From an uncultured Draconibacterium sp. (GTDB lineage Bacteria; Bacteroidota; Bacteroidia; Bacteroidales; Prolixibacteraceae), in assembly GCF_963676735.2 (NCBI RefSeq), contig NZ_OY781464.1, forward strand, positions 4,260,476 through 4,324,475: a stretch of 64,000 bases of DNA. The letters are read 5' to 3'. Both the position numbers and the translations under genes were made by a program. Position 1 is the first letter of the stretch; each line of letters starts with the position of its first letter. The notes beneath the pieces are model-generated. The model was given only the letters and a program-made list of their open reading frames with translations, searched no databases and was not told the origin of the DNA. Of the stretch, positions 47,025 through 57,335 are shown piece by piece.

Positions 47025-49973
47025 ATGAGGATTATTCGTAAAAACCTTAAAGTAGTCTTGTTTTTGGTTGCCCTGCTAAGCTTTAGCATTAGTTACGCGC
47101 AAGTAAAAACAGTTACAGGTAATGTTAGCGATGCCGGAAATGGCGAGCCCTTACCTGGTGTTACCATTGTAGTTAAAGGAACTACGCAAGGAACAATTAC
47201 CGATTTTGATGGAAATTACAGCATTAATGTTGAAGAAGGAGTAATACTTCTTTTTTCATACATTGGCTATAATCCACAGGAAGTAACCGTAAGCGCATCA
47301 AACCAGTTAAACATTCAACTAGAGCAATCTATGGAAAACCTCGACGAGGTGGTTGTAATTGGTTACGGCCAGGTTAAAAAAGAAGATGCCACCGGATCGG
47401 TTACTGCAGTTAGAGCTGAAGATTTTAACAAAGGAAATATTACTTCACCACAAGATTTGCTGGTTGGTAAAGCTTCCGGAGTTGTAATTACTTCTTCAGG
47501 TGGTGCCCCGGGTTCTGGTTCTCAAATCCGTATTCGTGGGGGCTCATCGCTAAACGCTTCAAACGATCCGCTGATTATTATCGACGGTATTCCAATCTCA
47601 AACAACGATGTATCAGGCGGAAGCAACTTCCTTGCCTTTGTAAACCCGAACGACATTGAGTCGATGAGTGTTTTAAAAGACGCTTCGGCAACTGCCATTT
47701 ACGGTTCGCGTGCATCAAACGGTGTAATTATTATTACCACCAAAAAAGGAAAAGCCGGAAGACCAACACAAATAAATGCTGATGTTAAAACATCTGTTTC
47801 AACACCTATAAAATTTGTTGATGTTTATTCGGGCGACGAGGTGAGACAAATTGCACACAGCAAACCCGAATTATACGCACCTGAAAGTTACGATATGTTG
47901 TGGAATGAAAATACCAACTGGCAAGATGAAATTTTCCGCACATCAGTTTCGCAAGAAAGCAATTTAAGCATTTCGGGTTCGATAAAAGATGTTCCTTATC
48001 GCGCATCAGTTGGACTGAACAACCAAAACGGTATTCTTAAAAACACTTCAATGAAAAGGCTTACCGGATCGTTAAGTGTTGACCCAATTCTATTGGATGG
48101 CGACCTAAGGGTTAACCTGAACCTAAAAGGAATGACAACTTCGAACAACTTTGGCGACACCGGAGCCATTGGCAGTGCCATTAGCATGGATCCAACCAAA
48201 CCGGTTAACGATGCGTCGCAAACAGGTTCTGGTGGTTATTTCCAGTGGGTAAATTATGGTGCCAGTTTGGGTACTCCTAACCCGGTTGAACAATTAATGG
48301 CTGTTGACAATAAATCAGATGTAAACCGAATTGTAGCCAATGCACAGTTCGATTATAAAATTCCTTTCGTTCCGGGTTTAAAAGCCAACTTAAACCTGGC
48401 TTCAGACTACTCGAAAGGAGAAGGATACAACAATCGTCCGACGACATCGCCACAAACCTTAACCGACAACCGCAACGGTAGGTTAAACGATTACGATGCA
48501 ACACATAAAAACAACCTGTTGGAGTTTTACTTAAACTACAATAGAGATTTGGAAAGCATTAACAGTAGAATTGATGCAACTGCAGGTTACTCGTGGCAAC
48601 ATTTTGAACGCGAAGAAAACAGCTTCACTACCAGTGCCGGAGACGATAACCAAAATGATGTTACAACAGCTTCATTTACCGAAAACTACCTGGTTTCATT
48701 CTTTGGTCGATTAAACTATACACTGGCCGAAAAATACCTGCTAACCTTTACTTTACGTAACGATGGCTCGTCGCGTTTTATTGACGATAATAAATGGGGA
48801 CTTTTCCCATCGGCAGCTTTAGCCTGGAAAATCAGCGACGAAAGCTTCCTGAAAGATTCAAAAACAGTTTCAGACCTGAAACTTCGATTGGGTTGGGGTA
48901 TTACCGGCCAACAGGATATTGGAAACGATTACCCGGCACAAGCTACTTATGTGCAGGCATCAGAAGGTTCGTATTACCAAATTGGCGGTGTGTTTATTCC
49001 AACACTTCGCCCAAGTGCCTACGATCCCGACATTAAATGGGAAGAAACAACCACTTATAATGCCGGTCTGGATTTTGGATTTTTTGACAATCAACTTTCA
49101 GGTTCGTTGGACGTATACTACCGCGAAACAAAAGACCTGTTAAACACGGTAACCATTCCTACCGGAAGCAACTTCTCGAACACCCTGCTTACCAACGTAG
49201 GTAGCCTCGAAAACAAAGGTGTTGAACTTTCGCTGGACTGGAGAGCGATTTCACAGAAAGATATGTCACTTAATGTTGGTTTTAACGTTTCGTACAACGA
49301 CAATGAAATTACCAAACTTAATTTTAACGACGATCCGAACTATAAAGTACTTTATGGCGGTGGTATGACAGGAACAATCCAGGTAACAACAATTGGTTAT
49401 CCGGGTTACTCATTCTACTTAAACCAGCAGGTTTACTATCCGAACGGAACACCTGTTGAAGGCATGTATGTTGATTTATCGGGCGAGGGAGGTACCGTAA
49501 ACGGCGATAACGACGATAAATACATCTACCACAATCCGGTAGCCGATGTACTAATGGGGCTTTCAGCAAGTTTCAGATACAAAAATTTTGATGCTTCATT
49601 CTCTTCACGCATCAGTTTAGGTAACTACGTATACAACCAGGTTGCAGCCGGTTCATCATACGACCAGATGTACCAGATCGGATACTGGAAAAATATGCCA
49701 ACCTATTTGAGCGAAACACAATTCGTAAAACGTCAGTTTACCAGCGACCACTTTGTAAGCAATGCTTCATTCTTTAAAATGGATAACATGAGCGTTGGTT
49801 ACACGCTTGAAGAACTGAATACTCGAATGATTCCACGCATCAGTTTTACTGTTCAAAACGTATTTACAATTACCGATTACGAGGGCCTGGATCCTGAAGT
49901 TTCAGGTGGTATTGATAACAATTTCTACCCACGTCCGCGTACTTTCATGCTGGGAATTGGATTCACTTACTAA
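47025..49973 (+). CDS. susC: SusC-like TonB-dependent transporter
   Basis: CarboxypepD_reg N-domain, DEVVVIGYG, IRIRGGSSL, LKDASATAIYGSRASNGVIIITTKKG, YPRPRTFMLG C-terminus. Confidence 0.96.
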   Translation: MRIIRKNLKVVLFLVALLSFSISYAQVKTVTGNVSDAGNGEPLPGVTIVVKGTTQGTITDFDGNYSINVEEGVILLFSYIGYNPQEVTVSASNQLNIQLEQSMENLDEVVVIGYGQVKKEDATGSVTAVRAEDFNKGNITSPQDLLVGKASGVVITSSGGAPGSGSQIRIRGGSSLNASNDPLIIIDGIPISNNDVSGGSNFLAFVNPNDIESMSVLKDASATAIYGSRASNGVIIITTKKGKAGRPTQINADVKTSVSTPIKFVDVYSGDEVRQIAHSKPELYAPESYDMLWNENTNWQDEIFRTSVSQESNLSISGSIKDVPYRASVGLNNQNGILKNTSMKRLTGSLSVDPILLDGDLRVNLNLKGMTTSNNFGDTGAIGSAISMDPTKPVNDASQTGSGGYFQWVNYGASLGTPNPVEQLMAVDNKSDVNRIVANAQFDYKIPFVPGLKANLNLASDYSKGEGYNNRPTTSPQTLTDNRNGRLNDYDATHKNNLLEFYLNYNRDLESINSRIDATAGYSWQHFEREENSFTTSAGDDNQNDVTTASFTENYLVSFFGRLNYTLAEKYLLTFTLRNDGSSRFIDDNKWGLFPSAALAWKISDESFLKDSKTVSDLKLRLGWGITGQQDIGNDYPAQATYVQASEGSYYQIGGVFIPTLRPSAYDPDIKWEETTTYNAGLDFGFFDNQLSGSLDVYYRETKDLLNTVTIPTGSNFSNTLLTNVGSLENKGVELSLDWRAISQKDMSLNVGFNVSYNDNEITKLNFNDDPNYKVLYGGGMTGTIQVTTIGYPGYSFYLNQQVYYPNGTPVEGMYVDLSGEGGTVNGDNDDKYIYHNPVADVLMGLSASFRYKNFDASFSSRISLGNYVYNQVAAGSSYDQMYQIGYWKNMPTYLSETQFVKRQFTSDHFVSNASFFKMDNMSVGYTLEELNTRMIPRISFTVQNVFTITDYEGLDPEVSGGIDNNFYPRPRTFMLGIGFTY

Positions 49974-49992
49974 CGCTTTAAAAGATTAAAAA

Positions 49993-51606
49993 ATGAATAA
50001 GTTAAAATCAATTTTTATCATATTTCTTTCAACACTGGTACTTACCGCATGTGTTGATGATTTGGATGTTACGCCACAAGATCCGGATGTGATTATGGCA
50101 GGTAACCTCGAAGACAATCCGGCATATATGGACCAGGTAATGGCAAAAGTTTATGCCAGCTTTATTATTGCCGGCCAGGGAGCTAACGGAGGATCGGATA
50201 TTAGTGCCTCTGACGAGAACTTTTTTACCACCATGCGTGCCCTTTGGAACCTACAGGAAATTACTACCGACGAGGCCATTTGCGCCTGGGGAGATATAGG
50301 TATTGCTGATTTGAATACCCAAACCTGGAGTCCGAGCAACCCCTTCTTAACCGCTCTTTACCAGCGTTTGGGCTTGAGTATTACCTATGCCAACGATTTA
50401 ATTAACCTGGTAAAAAACAGCGACGATGCAAAATTGCAACAATACCATGCTGAAGCCCGCTTTTTAAGAGCACTGGCCTACTACTGGTTTATGGATTTGT
50501 TTGGCAATCCACCGTTTACAACTGAAGAAGACGGAGTTGGTAAATTTTATCCGGAACAAATTCAACGTGCAGACCTATTCAACTACATTGTTTCAGAACT
50601 GAAGGAAATTGAAACCCTTCTTCCCGAGCCAGGAAATTCATACCCGCAGGCCGACAAAGGGGCAGCCTGGATGTTGTTGGCCAGAGTTTACCTGAATGCC
50701 GAAGTTTATACCGGAACTGCACACTGGGACGATTGTAAAACCTATTGCAACAAAGTAATTAACAGTGGTGCTTATGCCCTGGCTGCCGATTACAGACATA
50801 ATTTTACAGCCGACAACCACTACGGCAGCAACCCCGAAATGATTTTTGCATGGGAACAAGATGGCGAAAATGTACAAGGTTTTGTGGGAACTACTTTTAT
50901 TATTGAATCGAGTTCAGATGCCACCTATCTTCGTGCTGAAGATTACCATGGTTTAACATCGAATACCAACTGGAACGGAAACCGCGCCCGTAAAGACTTT
51001 ATGAATATTTTGGTGGATACATTGGCAACCTACGGCGGACCAATTGACATGACCGATGTTCATTTTGCACAATGCCCCGACCAGCGTGTTTACCTGAAAA
51101 TGAAAAGAAGCCTTGACATTCCAAGTGCCTCGTCAAGCGGCGATTATGGCGTTGGAAACTACAAGTTTACTGCACTAAACCTCGATGGTTCGCAACCGGC
51201 CAATTACAATGAAGCCTACGCTTGTACCGACTTCCCAATTTTCCGTTTGGCCGACGCATACCTTATGCGTGCCGAATCAGAATTTAACCTGGGTAACACC
51301 GGTGCAGCAGTTGCTGATATCAATGTAATCAGAGAACGTGCCTACGGCAATACCTCAGGCAACATTACTGCCGACGAGCTTACAGCACAATTTATACTAG
51401 ACGAGCGTGCCCGCGAGTTTTACTACGAAGCTCAGCGCCGTACCGACCTTGTTCGCTTTGGACAATTTACCAGCGGCTCGTACCACTGGCAATGGAAAGG
51501 TGGCGTTTACGACGGTGTTGCTACCAGCAGCCATCTGGATCTTTTCCCAATTCCGGGTGATGAAGTTGCTGCCAACAGTAACATACAGCAAAACTCAGGT
51601 TATTAA
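49993..51606 (+). CDS. susD: SusD-like glycan-binding lipoprotein
   Basis: Lipobox LTAC; EARFLRALAYY, RLADAYLMRAE, ERAREFYYEAQRRTDLVRF, QQNSGY end. Confidence 0.95.
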   Translation: MNKLKSIFIIFLSTLVLTACVDDLDVTPQDPDVIMAGNLEDNPAYMDQVMAKVYASFIIAGQGANGGSDISASDENFFTTMRALWNLQEITTDEAICAWGDIGIADLNTQTWSPSNPFLTALYQRLGLSITYANDLINLVKNSDDAKLQQYHAEARFLRALAYYWFMDLFGNPPFTTEEDGVGKFYPEQIQRADLFNYIVSELKEIETLLPEPGNSYPQADKGAAWMLLARVYLNAEVYTGTAHWDDCKTYCNKVINSGAYALAADYRHNFTADNHYGSNPEMIFAWEQDGENVQGFVGTTFIIESSSDATYLRAEDYHGLTSNTNWNGNRARKDFMNILVDTLATYGGPIDMTDVHFAQCPDQRVYLKMKRSLDIPSASSSGDYGVGNYKFTALNLDGSQPANYNEAYACTDFPIFRLADAYLMRAESEFNLGNTGAAVADINVIRERAYGNTSGNITADELTAQFILDERAREFYYEAQRRTDLVRFGQFTSGSYHWQWKGGVYDGVATSSHLDLFPIPGDEVAANSNIQQNSGY

Positions 51607-51625
51607 TCGTTAAATGCATTTAGAA

Positions 51626-52636
51626 ATGAAGAAATTACTTTATATAACATTTATTGGACTGCTGGGGCTGCTTTATTCTTGCGAAAAGGATGGAGATCAG
51701 ATCTTTATTGCTGACAATCCGGTGCCCCCGTCAATAGTTTCGATGCCCGATTTAACATTGGAAAGAAACAATGGTACTGACATTTTAGAATTTGCTATTT
51801 CGCCAGTAGATCCTGGCTTTGTAGCATCAGCCAAATACTTTTTAGAAGCCTGTGCCACAGGCGATAATTTTACAAAAGTTACCTCAATTGCCAGCAAAGA
51901 TTTAGGTGAAAACTTTGAAATCTCTGTAGCCGACCTTAACGGAATCCTCTTAAAAAGTTTTCCGGCAGATGAAACTTCATCGGTTGATTTTAGAGTTCGC
52001 GCACGTTTGGTAGTTGATGGCGGAACAGGAGCTCCCGGAACTTCAGATGACGAATTTGAATACACCTCGGCAACTGAAACGGCCAGTGTTACACTTTATG
52101 GTCTTCCGCGCTTAGACCTGGTAAATTCAGGAATCGATCAGAAAATTGAATCGTCACTGGGTAACGGCGAATATTTTGGTTACGTGAAACTGGATGCTGC
52201 CATGCCTTTTACCCTTCTTGATCCGGACGCAAACGTTTCGTACGGTGGAAGCGGTGGAACTTTAACAGTTAACGGCCCCGGAATTGCCGTTGACGGTAGT
52301 GGCTGGTATAAAATGTCGGCCAGTACCAACGATTTAACTTACTCTACCGATGCTTATATGATTGGACTGGTAGGTTCGGCAACACCAAATGGATGGGATA
52401 CTCCCGACCAAAAAATGGATTACGATGCACAGTCAGGAACGTGGAGCATTACAATTGATTTGGCCGATGGCGAAATTAAATTCCGCTTAAACGATGGATG
52501 GGCATGGAACCTTGGCGGCACCGTGGATAACTTAACCCAGGGTGGCGACAATATTCCTGTTACAGCAGGTAATTACACCATTACCTTAACAATCAACAGC
52601 GACGACACCGGTACTTGTACTATTGTTAAAAACTAA
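51626..52636 (+). CDS. SusE-like starch-binding lipoprotein
   Basis: Lipobox LYSC; SusE N-domain; GLVGSATPNGWD and KFRLNDGWAWNLGG CBM motifs. Confidence 0.88.
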   Translation: MKKLLYITFIGLLGLLYSCEKDGDQIFIADNPVPPSIVSMPDLTLERNNGTDILEFAISPVDPGFVASAKYFLEACATGDNFTKVTSIASKDLGENFEISVADLNGILLKSFPADETSSVDFRVRARLVVDGGTGAPGTSDDEFEYTSATETASVTLYGLPRLDLVNSGIDQKIESSLGNGEYFGYVKLDAAMPFTLLDPDANVSYGGSGGTLTVNGPGIAVDGSGWYKMSASTNDLTYSTDAYMIGLVGSATPNGWDTPDQKMDYDAQSGTWSITIDLADGEIKFRLNDGWAWNLGGTVDNLTQGGDNIPVTAGNYTITLTINSDDTGTCTIVKN

Positions 52637-52644
52637 AAAGACTG

Positions 52645-54492
52645 ATGAAAATGAAAAATAAAATGATATACAGGTTTATGATTCTTCTGGTAGCAGTTGC
52701 GGCACTATTTGCCGCCTGTACCGAAGAAACAGCTCACGTTCGCCTGGAGCCAACCTTATCAACAGCAAATACTTTGAACATTACATCCGACTCGGCAACC
52801 GTTGTTGGTTTTGTAATTGCCGAAGGCGATGGATTTACAGAGCGTGGTGTTTGTTACAGTACTACTGAAAATCCAACAATTGATAACGACAAAAAAGCTT
52901 ACACTGAAGATACACCTAACGCTACCTTTTATGTACGCTTATCGGGCTTAACTTATGCTACCAAATATTACGCTCGTGCTTATGCTACCGGAGAAGCCGG
53001 TACGGTATATGGCGAACAGGTTGAATTTACAACTCTTCCAGTGGTTCCGTTCCTAAGCACTGCTGCTATTACCGAAATTACCGGTAATTCGGCCATAGGT
53101 GGCGGAGAAGTTACCGGATCGGGTGGTGCCGATGTTACGGCCCGCGGTATTGTTTTTGGAACTGAAGCCAACCCTACAATTTCGGGTGACAAAACTGCCG
53201 ATGGCGATGGCGTTGGTACTTTCGAAAGTATGCTGGAAAACCTTAAAGGCAACACTACTTACTATGTTCGTGCTTATGCAAGCAACACTGCCGGTACGGG
53301 CTACGGCCCACAGGTAAGTTTTAAAACATTGGTTGACTTGCCAAAAGTAAGCACAACTGCAGTTACCGGTGTTACCAAAACTTCGGGTACTACAGGTGGT
53401 GCTGTTACCGATAATGGTGGTGACGATATTACTGCCTACGGTATTGTGTGGGGAATGAGTTCGGAACCTACAACTGCCGATAATGTTATTGATGCAACAA
53501 TGCCTCTTGATTCGTTTGTAATTGAAATTACAGGCCTTGAGAAATACACCGAATATTATGTACGTGCATTTGCTACAAACAGTGCGGGTACAGCTTATGG
53601 CGAAAACATCATGTTTACAACGCTTGCCGATATTCTTACCTGGAATCTTCCTGGAGATTATGTTGAAGCAAGCTACCCGGGATCGGGACTAACAAACTGG
53701 TCGCCAGATAATTCTCCACAAGTGATTAGTACCATCGAAAATCCGTCGAGCCTGGAAGGGTTTGTTTATTTTGCAAACGACAACAACCAATGGAAATTTG
53801 CAACACAGCCCAACTGGGACGGTCCAAACTACGGAGATGATGGCTCAGGTAATCTTGATGCCGGTGCAGATAACATTAATTCGCCAAAAGGTTTTTATAA
53901 AATTAATGCCGATGCAACCGCATTAACCTATACCGCAATTAAACAGGTTTGGGGTGTTATTGGTAGTGCCTCGCCAATGGGCTGGGACGATGAAACACCA
54001 CTGGTTTACTCGCCTGAGGCTGTAAAATGGCAAGGAGTACTTCACTTAACTGCTGCAGATATTAAGTTCCGTGCCAATCACGATTGGGGCTTTAACTATG
54101 GTAGCGATGCGGCTGATGGTACGCTTCAGCCGGGAGGTGAAAATATTCCGGTTGCAGTGGAAGCTGATTATGCCATTGAAATTGATTTTAGCACGCCAAA
54201 CGAATATAAATACAGCCTTAACCGCTGGGGATTAATTGGCGATGCAACACCTGGTGGCTGGAGCGACGATACCGATATGACCTGGGATGCTGACAATGGA
54301 GTATTCACTGTAACACTCGACCTTACTGCTGCTTCATTTAAGTTCCGTGCCAACGATGGTTGGGATTTAAATTATGGTGGCGATCTTAGTGCACTTTCTC
54401 CCGGTGGCGATAACATTTCGATTGCCGAAGCCGGAAACTACACCATTACTTTCGATCCCTGGGGATTGACTGCAACAGTTACTAAAAATTAA
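52645..54492 (+). CDS. SusF/SusE-like lipoprotein with three N-terminal FN3-like repeats and ~3 starch-binding modules
   Basis: Lipobox FAAC; three ...RG(I/V)...PT...YY(A/V)RA(Y/F)A....GT.YG....F.TL repeats; KFRANHDWGFNYG and KFRANDGWDLNYG. Confidence 0.88.
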   Translation: MKMKNKMIYRFMILLVAVAALFAACTEETAHVRLEPTLSTANTLNITSDSATVVGFVIAEGDGFTERGVCYSTTENPTIDNDKKAYTEDTPNATFYVRLSGLTYATKYYARAYATGEAGTVYGEQVEFTTLPVVPFLSTAAITEITGNSAIGGGEVTGSGGADVTARGIVFGTEANPTISGDKTADGDGVGTFESMLENLKGNTTYYVRAYASNTAGTGYGPQVSFKTLVDLPKVSTTAVTGVTKTSGTTGGAVTDNGGDDITAYGIVWGMSSEPTTADNVIDATMPLDSFVIEITGLEKYTEYYVRAFATNSAGTAYGENIMFTTLADILTWNLPGDYVEASYPGSGLTNWSPDNSPQVISTIENPSSLEGFVYFANDNNQWKFATQPNWDGPNYGDDGSGNLDAGADNINSPKGFYKINADATALTYTAIKQVWGVIGSASPMGWDDETPLVYSPEAVKWQGVLHLTAADIKFRANHDWGFNYGSDAADGTLQPGGENIPVAVEADYAIEIDFSTPNEYKYSLNRWGLIGDATPGGWSDDTDMTWDADNGVFTVTLDLTAASFKFRANDGWDLNYGGDLSALSPGGDNISIAEAGNYTITFDPWGLTATVTKN

Positions 54493-54510
54493 TTTGAAAA
54501 AATGATATCT

Positions 54511-54546
54511 CAGAAACCTCTTCGATTGCGGAGGGGTTTCTGTTTT
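54511..54546 (+). terminator. Rho-independent terminator after susF
   Basis: CAGAAACCTCTTCG-ATTG-CGGAGGGGTTTCTG plus T run. Confidence 0.75.
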
Positions 54547-54560
54547 TAAAAGCCAGAACA

Positions 54561-57278
54561 ATGAATCGTTTATTTTCCTTATTAATTGCATTATTTTTTG
54601 TGCACAACATTACGGCTCAAATTACTACCGTGCCCGAAAAACCTGTTGCCACAAAAGCGGTTACCATAACTTTTAACTCCGACGAAAGTAACCTGGATTA
54701 TTACACCGGCGAATTATACGCCCACACAGGCCTTATCACCGATAAAAGTTCATCAAGTACCGACTGGAAATATGTAATTGAATCGTGGGGAAATAACGCA
54801 ACACAACCAAAACTTACCAATAAAGGTAATGGCATTTACGAACTGGAAATCAGCCCCGACATCTTGTCTTACTATTCGGTTAGCGCCGGCGACGATGTGC
54901 TTAAACTGGCTTTTGTGTTCCGATCGGCCGATGCCAACCAACAAACTGAAAACCTTTATGTTGATGTGTACAAAGAGGGCTTGCACATTGATATTTCGAG
55001 CCCCTCACAGAATGCTGTTTTGCCGCTTGGCGATTCGGTAACCATTTCTGCAACCTCAACCTTAACAGCAAATTTAAAGCTGTTTATAAATGATAATGAA
55101 ATTAGTTCATCAAACGGAACAATTATTTCAACGCAATATATTTTTGAAAACCTGGGCCAGAACTGGATTATTGCTGAAGCAACTGCCGACTCAACTGTTC
55201 GTGATTCGGTTTTGGTTGATGTAAAAGATTTTAAACTTAGTAAACCCGAAACATATAAAAACGGCATAAACTACACTTCAAACACCTCAGCAGCCCTCGT
55301 GCTATGGGCGCCCCTAAAAACTTATGTGTATGTTATTGGCGACTTTAATAACTGGGAAAAATCGGATGATTACCTAATGAATAAAGACGGTAATTTCTTT
55401 TGGATTGATATTACAAACCTTACTGAAGGACAAGAATATGCCTTTCAATACAGTATTGACGGGAACATAACAATAGCTGACCCCTATGCCGAAAAAATAC
55501 TTGACCCCTGGAATGACAAATACATCGATGAAGCTGTTTATCCCAACCTGAAAGCCTACCCTGAAGGAAAAACAGAAGGTACAGTATCGGTACTGCAAAC
55601 GGCACAGTCCGAGTACCAGTGGGAAATTGAAGACTTTGAAATGCCTGCGAACGAAAAACTGATTATTTACGAACTTCTGATTCGTGATTTTACCAGCGAA
55701 CATACCTATGCGTCAGTAATTGAGCAACTGGATTACCTTGAAGATTTGAATATAAATGTTTTGGAACTAATGCCGGTAAACGAGTTTGATGCCAATAGTA
55801 GCTGGGGCTACAATCCCACCTTCTACTTTGCACCAGACAAGTATTATGGTCCAAAAAACGAGCTGAAACGCCTTGTTGACGAATGCCATAAACGCGGAAT
55901 TGCAGTGGTAATTGATATGGTTCTTAACCATAGCTGGGGAGGCAGCCCCTTTGTGGAAATGTACATTGACGACATGGAGAACAATCCTTGGTACAACGTT
56001 ACCTCTCCAAATCCGGTGTTTTCGTGGGGTTATGATTTTAACCACGAAAGCGATGCTACGAAAGCACTGGTAGACAGCGTAAATTCATTTTGGTTAAACG
56101 AATACAATGTTGACGGATTTCGGTTTGATTTTACCAAGGGCTTCACAAACACGCCGGGCGATGGCTCTGGTTACGACCAACCACGAATTAATATTCTGAA
56201 ACGCATGGCTACCGAAATTTGGAAACGCAATTCGGATGCCCTTGTTATTTTGGAGCACTTTGCCAGCAACACCGAAGAAATGACATTAGCCGATTTTGGC
56301 ATGATGGTTTGGGGCAATAAAAACCACGCCTACGGCGAAAATCTAATGGGCTACGGAGCCAGCCTTTACGATGCCGTGGCCGAAAATCGGGGTTGGGAAA
56401 AACCCCACCTGGTAACCTATATGGAAAGCCACGATGAAGAACGATTGATTTATAAAAGTGTAAACTTTGGAGCAACAAATGGCGATTATAACACAAAAAA
56501 TTTGGCAACAGCCCTTGAAAGACAAAAGTTAAATGCCTTGTTTTTTATTCCGCTTCCGGGGCCAAAAATGATTTGGCAGTTTGGCGAACTGGGTTACGAC
56601 TACTCCATAAACTACTGCCCCAACGGGAGCATAAGCGATGACTGCCGAACTGCTGAAAAACCCTTGGTTTGGGATTATACAAATGATACACAACGAACCG
56701 AACTGTTTCAGGTTATGGCCAAATTAAACGAATTAAAACAAACCTACGAGGAATTTGCACCAACTGAAACGGAATATGCATTGGCCAACCAGACCAAATG
56801 GTACAAACTAAGCAAGAATGGAAAACATGTTGTTGGTATCGGAAATTTTGATCTTGAGGAAAAAGAAATTGCCATAACTTTTCCCGAAGCCGGCAAATAC
56901 TACGAATTTTTCAGTGGCGATTCAGTTGTATTTAATTCAGCAAGTCAATCGTTTACCTTTCAACCCGGAGAATACCGAATGTATTCCACAACAAAGTTTC
57001 ACGATCCGGAAATAGAAACGGATTACACCCTGATTTCCTCGGCTGAAAACAAGCTGCAGATTTATCCCAATCCGGCTTCAGGCAGGTTAACCATAGCCTC
57101 TGCCCAGGAGCTTTCAGCGGTTCAGGTATTCTCGGCTGCCGGAATTCTAAGCTATCAATCAGACAAAATTAAGGGATATAAACTTGAGATTAATGTTCAG
57201 GACTTTAGTCCGGGTATCTATTTTGTTCGGGTGCTACAAAACGGAAATAGCTCAACACAAAAGGTGGTGATAAAATAA
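54561..57278 (+). CDS. T9SS-secreted GH13 alpha-amylase/pullulanase-like enzyme with CBM48-like domain and type-A CTD
   Basis: IYELLIRDF, SWGYNP, DGFRFDFTKG, ILEHF, YMESHDE; C-terminal LQIYPNPA...PGIYFVRV...KVVIK. Confidence 0.92.
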   Translation: MNRLFSLLIALFFVHNITAQITTVPEKPVATKAVTITFNSDESNLDYYTGELYAHTGLITDKSSSSTDWKYVIESWGNNATQPKLTNKGNGIYELEISPDILSYYSVSAGDDVLKLAFVFRSADANQQTENLYVDVYKEGLHIDISSPSQNAVLPLGDSVTISATSTLTANLKLFINDNEISSSNGTIISTQYIFENLGQNWIIAEATADSTVRDSVLVDVKDFKLSKPETYKNGINYTSNTSAALVLWAPLKTYVYVIGDFNNWEKSDDYLMNKDGNFFWIDITNLTEGQEYAFQYSIDGNITIADPYAEKILDPWNDKYIDEAVYPNLKAYPEGKTEGTVSVLQTAQSEYQWEIEDFEMPANEKLIIYELLIRDFTSEHTYASVIEQLDYLEDLNINVLELMPVNEFDANSSWGYNPTFYFAPDKYYGPKNELKRLVDECHKRGIAVVIDMVLNHSWGGSPFVEMYIDDMENNPWYNVTSPNPVFSWGYDFNHESDATKALVDSVNSFWLNEYNVDGFRFDFTKGFTNTPGDGSGYDQPRINILKRMATEIWKRNSDALVILEHFASNTEEMTLADFGMMVWGNKNHAYGENLMGYGASLYDAVAENRGWEKPHLVTYMESHDEERLIYKSVNFGATNGDYNTKNLATALERQKLNALFFIPLPGPKMIWQFGELGYDYSINYCPNGSISDDCRTAEKPLVWDYTNDTQRTELFQVMAKLNELKQTYEEFAPTETEYALANQTKWYKLSKNGKHVVGIGNFDLEEKEIAITFPEAGKYYEFFSGDSVVFNSASQSFTFQPGEYRMYSTTKFHDPEIETDYTLISSAENKLQIYPNPASGRLTIASAQELSAVQVFSAAGILSYQSDKIKGYKLEINVQDFSPGIYFVRVLQNGNSSTQKVVIK

Positions 57279-57335
57279 ACTTTAAACAAAGCCATTTGAA
57301 ATAAAAAAGGTAAGCATTAAGAATCGAGAAAGATT

